64,000 nt of DNA from Sphaerodactylus townsendi (Eukaryota). Below the pieces are notes generated by a model. The model saw only the letters and a program-made list of their open reading frames with translations. It was not told where the DNA came from and did no database searches. Location of the stretch: the NCBI RefSeq assembly GCF_021028975.2, contig NC_059434.1, positions 34,100,001-34,164,000 on the forward strand. Direction: 5' to 3'. The stretch's first letter is position 1; the number at the start of each line of letters is the position of its first letter. Below are positions 63,367 to 64,000 of this stretch, piece by piece. The translations under genes and the position numbers were made by a program.

Positions 63367-64000
63367 TTTGGCCGACCTCCAGGGCTAAGGAGGGAGGCAG
63401 TGTGTGACTTTGACCTGGACAACACTTACTTTAGACAGAGGTGCTCCACTCCAAGTGACCTGACCTTCCAGCTGGCAAAGCTGTTGGTGGGGGCTGGGGA
63501 ATTGACTTACAATGACCCTGCAGGGTTTTCAAGGCAAGAGCTGAACATAGGTGATTTGCCATTGCCCACCTCTATAGAGTGACTCTGTTTAGCCCACAAA
63601 AAAGGCCTAAAGCAATCTGTTATTATTTAGGTCTATGCTCTTCATCAAAATGCCCTAATGAGCAATTCTGAGCAACAGCTGAGTGTGGGCAGGGATTCAA
63701 AAAAGCAAAGTGTCCTAAACTCTATAGAAAAGCTTGAACTTCAGGATGTGGGGCAACATGTGTTAAAGGCAAAGGAATCCTCCTTGGTCAACAGATAAAA
63801 AACATTTGTGGCAAGCCTATTATTCTAGTCTGGCTCAGGTTATCTCTGCTGAGTTGCTTTTAGGGCTGGTAGTTAAAGAGTCATGGTAACTAGTGGGAAG
63901 CTATGCTCCTGGCTTTACCAGGAAAACTTGGCTCAGCTCAGCTTCTGGACTGTCTTTATTTGTTTTTGTTTTTTGCAGTCCTAAGTTGACTTCAGATAGT

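Overview
Vertebrate, repeat-rich, essentially non-coding DNA. The SINE/MITE/LINE inventory (tRNA-derived Squam3-like SINEs, CR1, L2, RTE-X, Rex-Babar, Penelope, Ngaro/DIRS-like, hAT/Harbinger MITEs) points to a squamate, probably a gecko (inference from recognition, not a search). No host protein-coding gene could be identified; the window looks intronic or intergenic. Main contents: (1) the right ~6.8 kb of a PIF/Harbinger-type element carrying two convergent, spliced Myb/SANT-like (MSANTD) genes with a 4x ~245-bp array between them; (2) a complete-ended non-autonomous Helitron (37388-40022) whose Rep remnants show strand-specific guanine loss; (3) two copies of a repeat whose central core is inverted between internal inverted arms; (4) three CR1 3' fragments sharing one 5' end; (5) a solo LTR with perfect TSD, LINE/PLE fragments, MITEs, SINEs and two assembly gaps. 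Family names are from motif recognition; coordinates of degenerate repeats are approximate.
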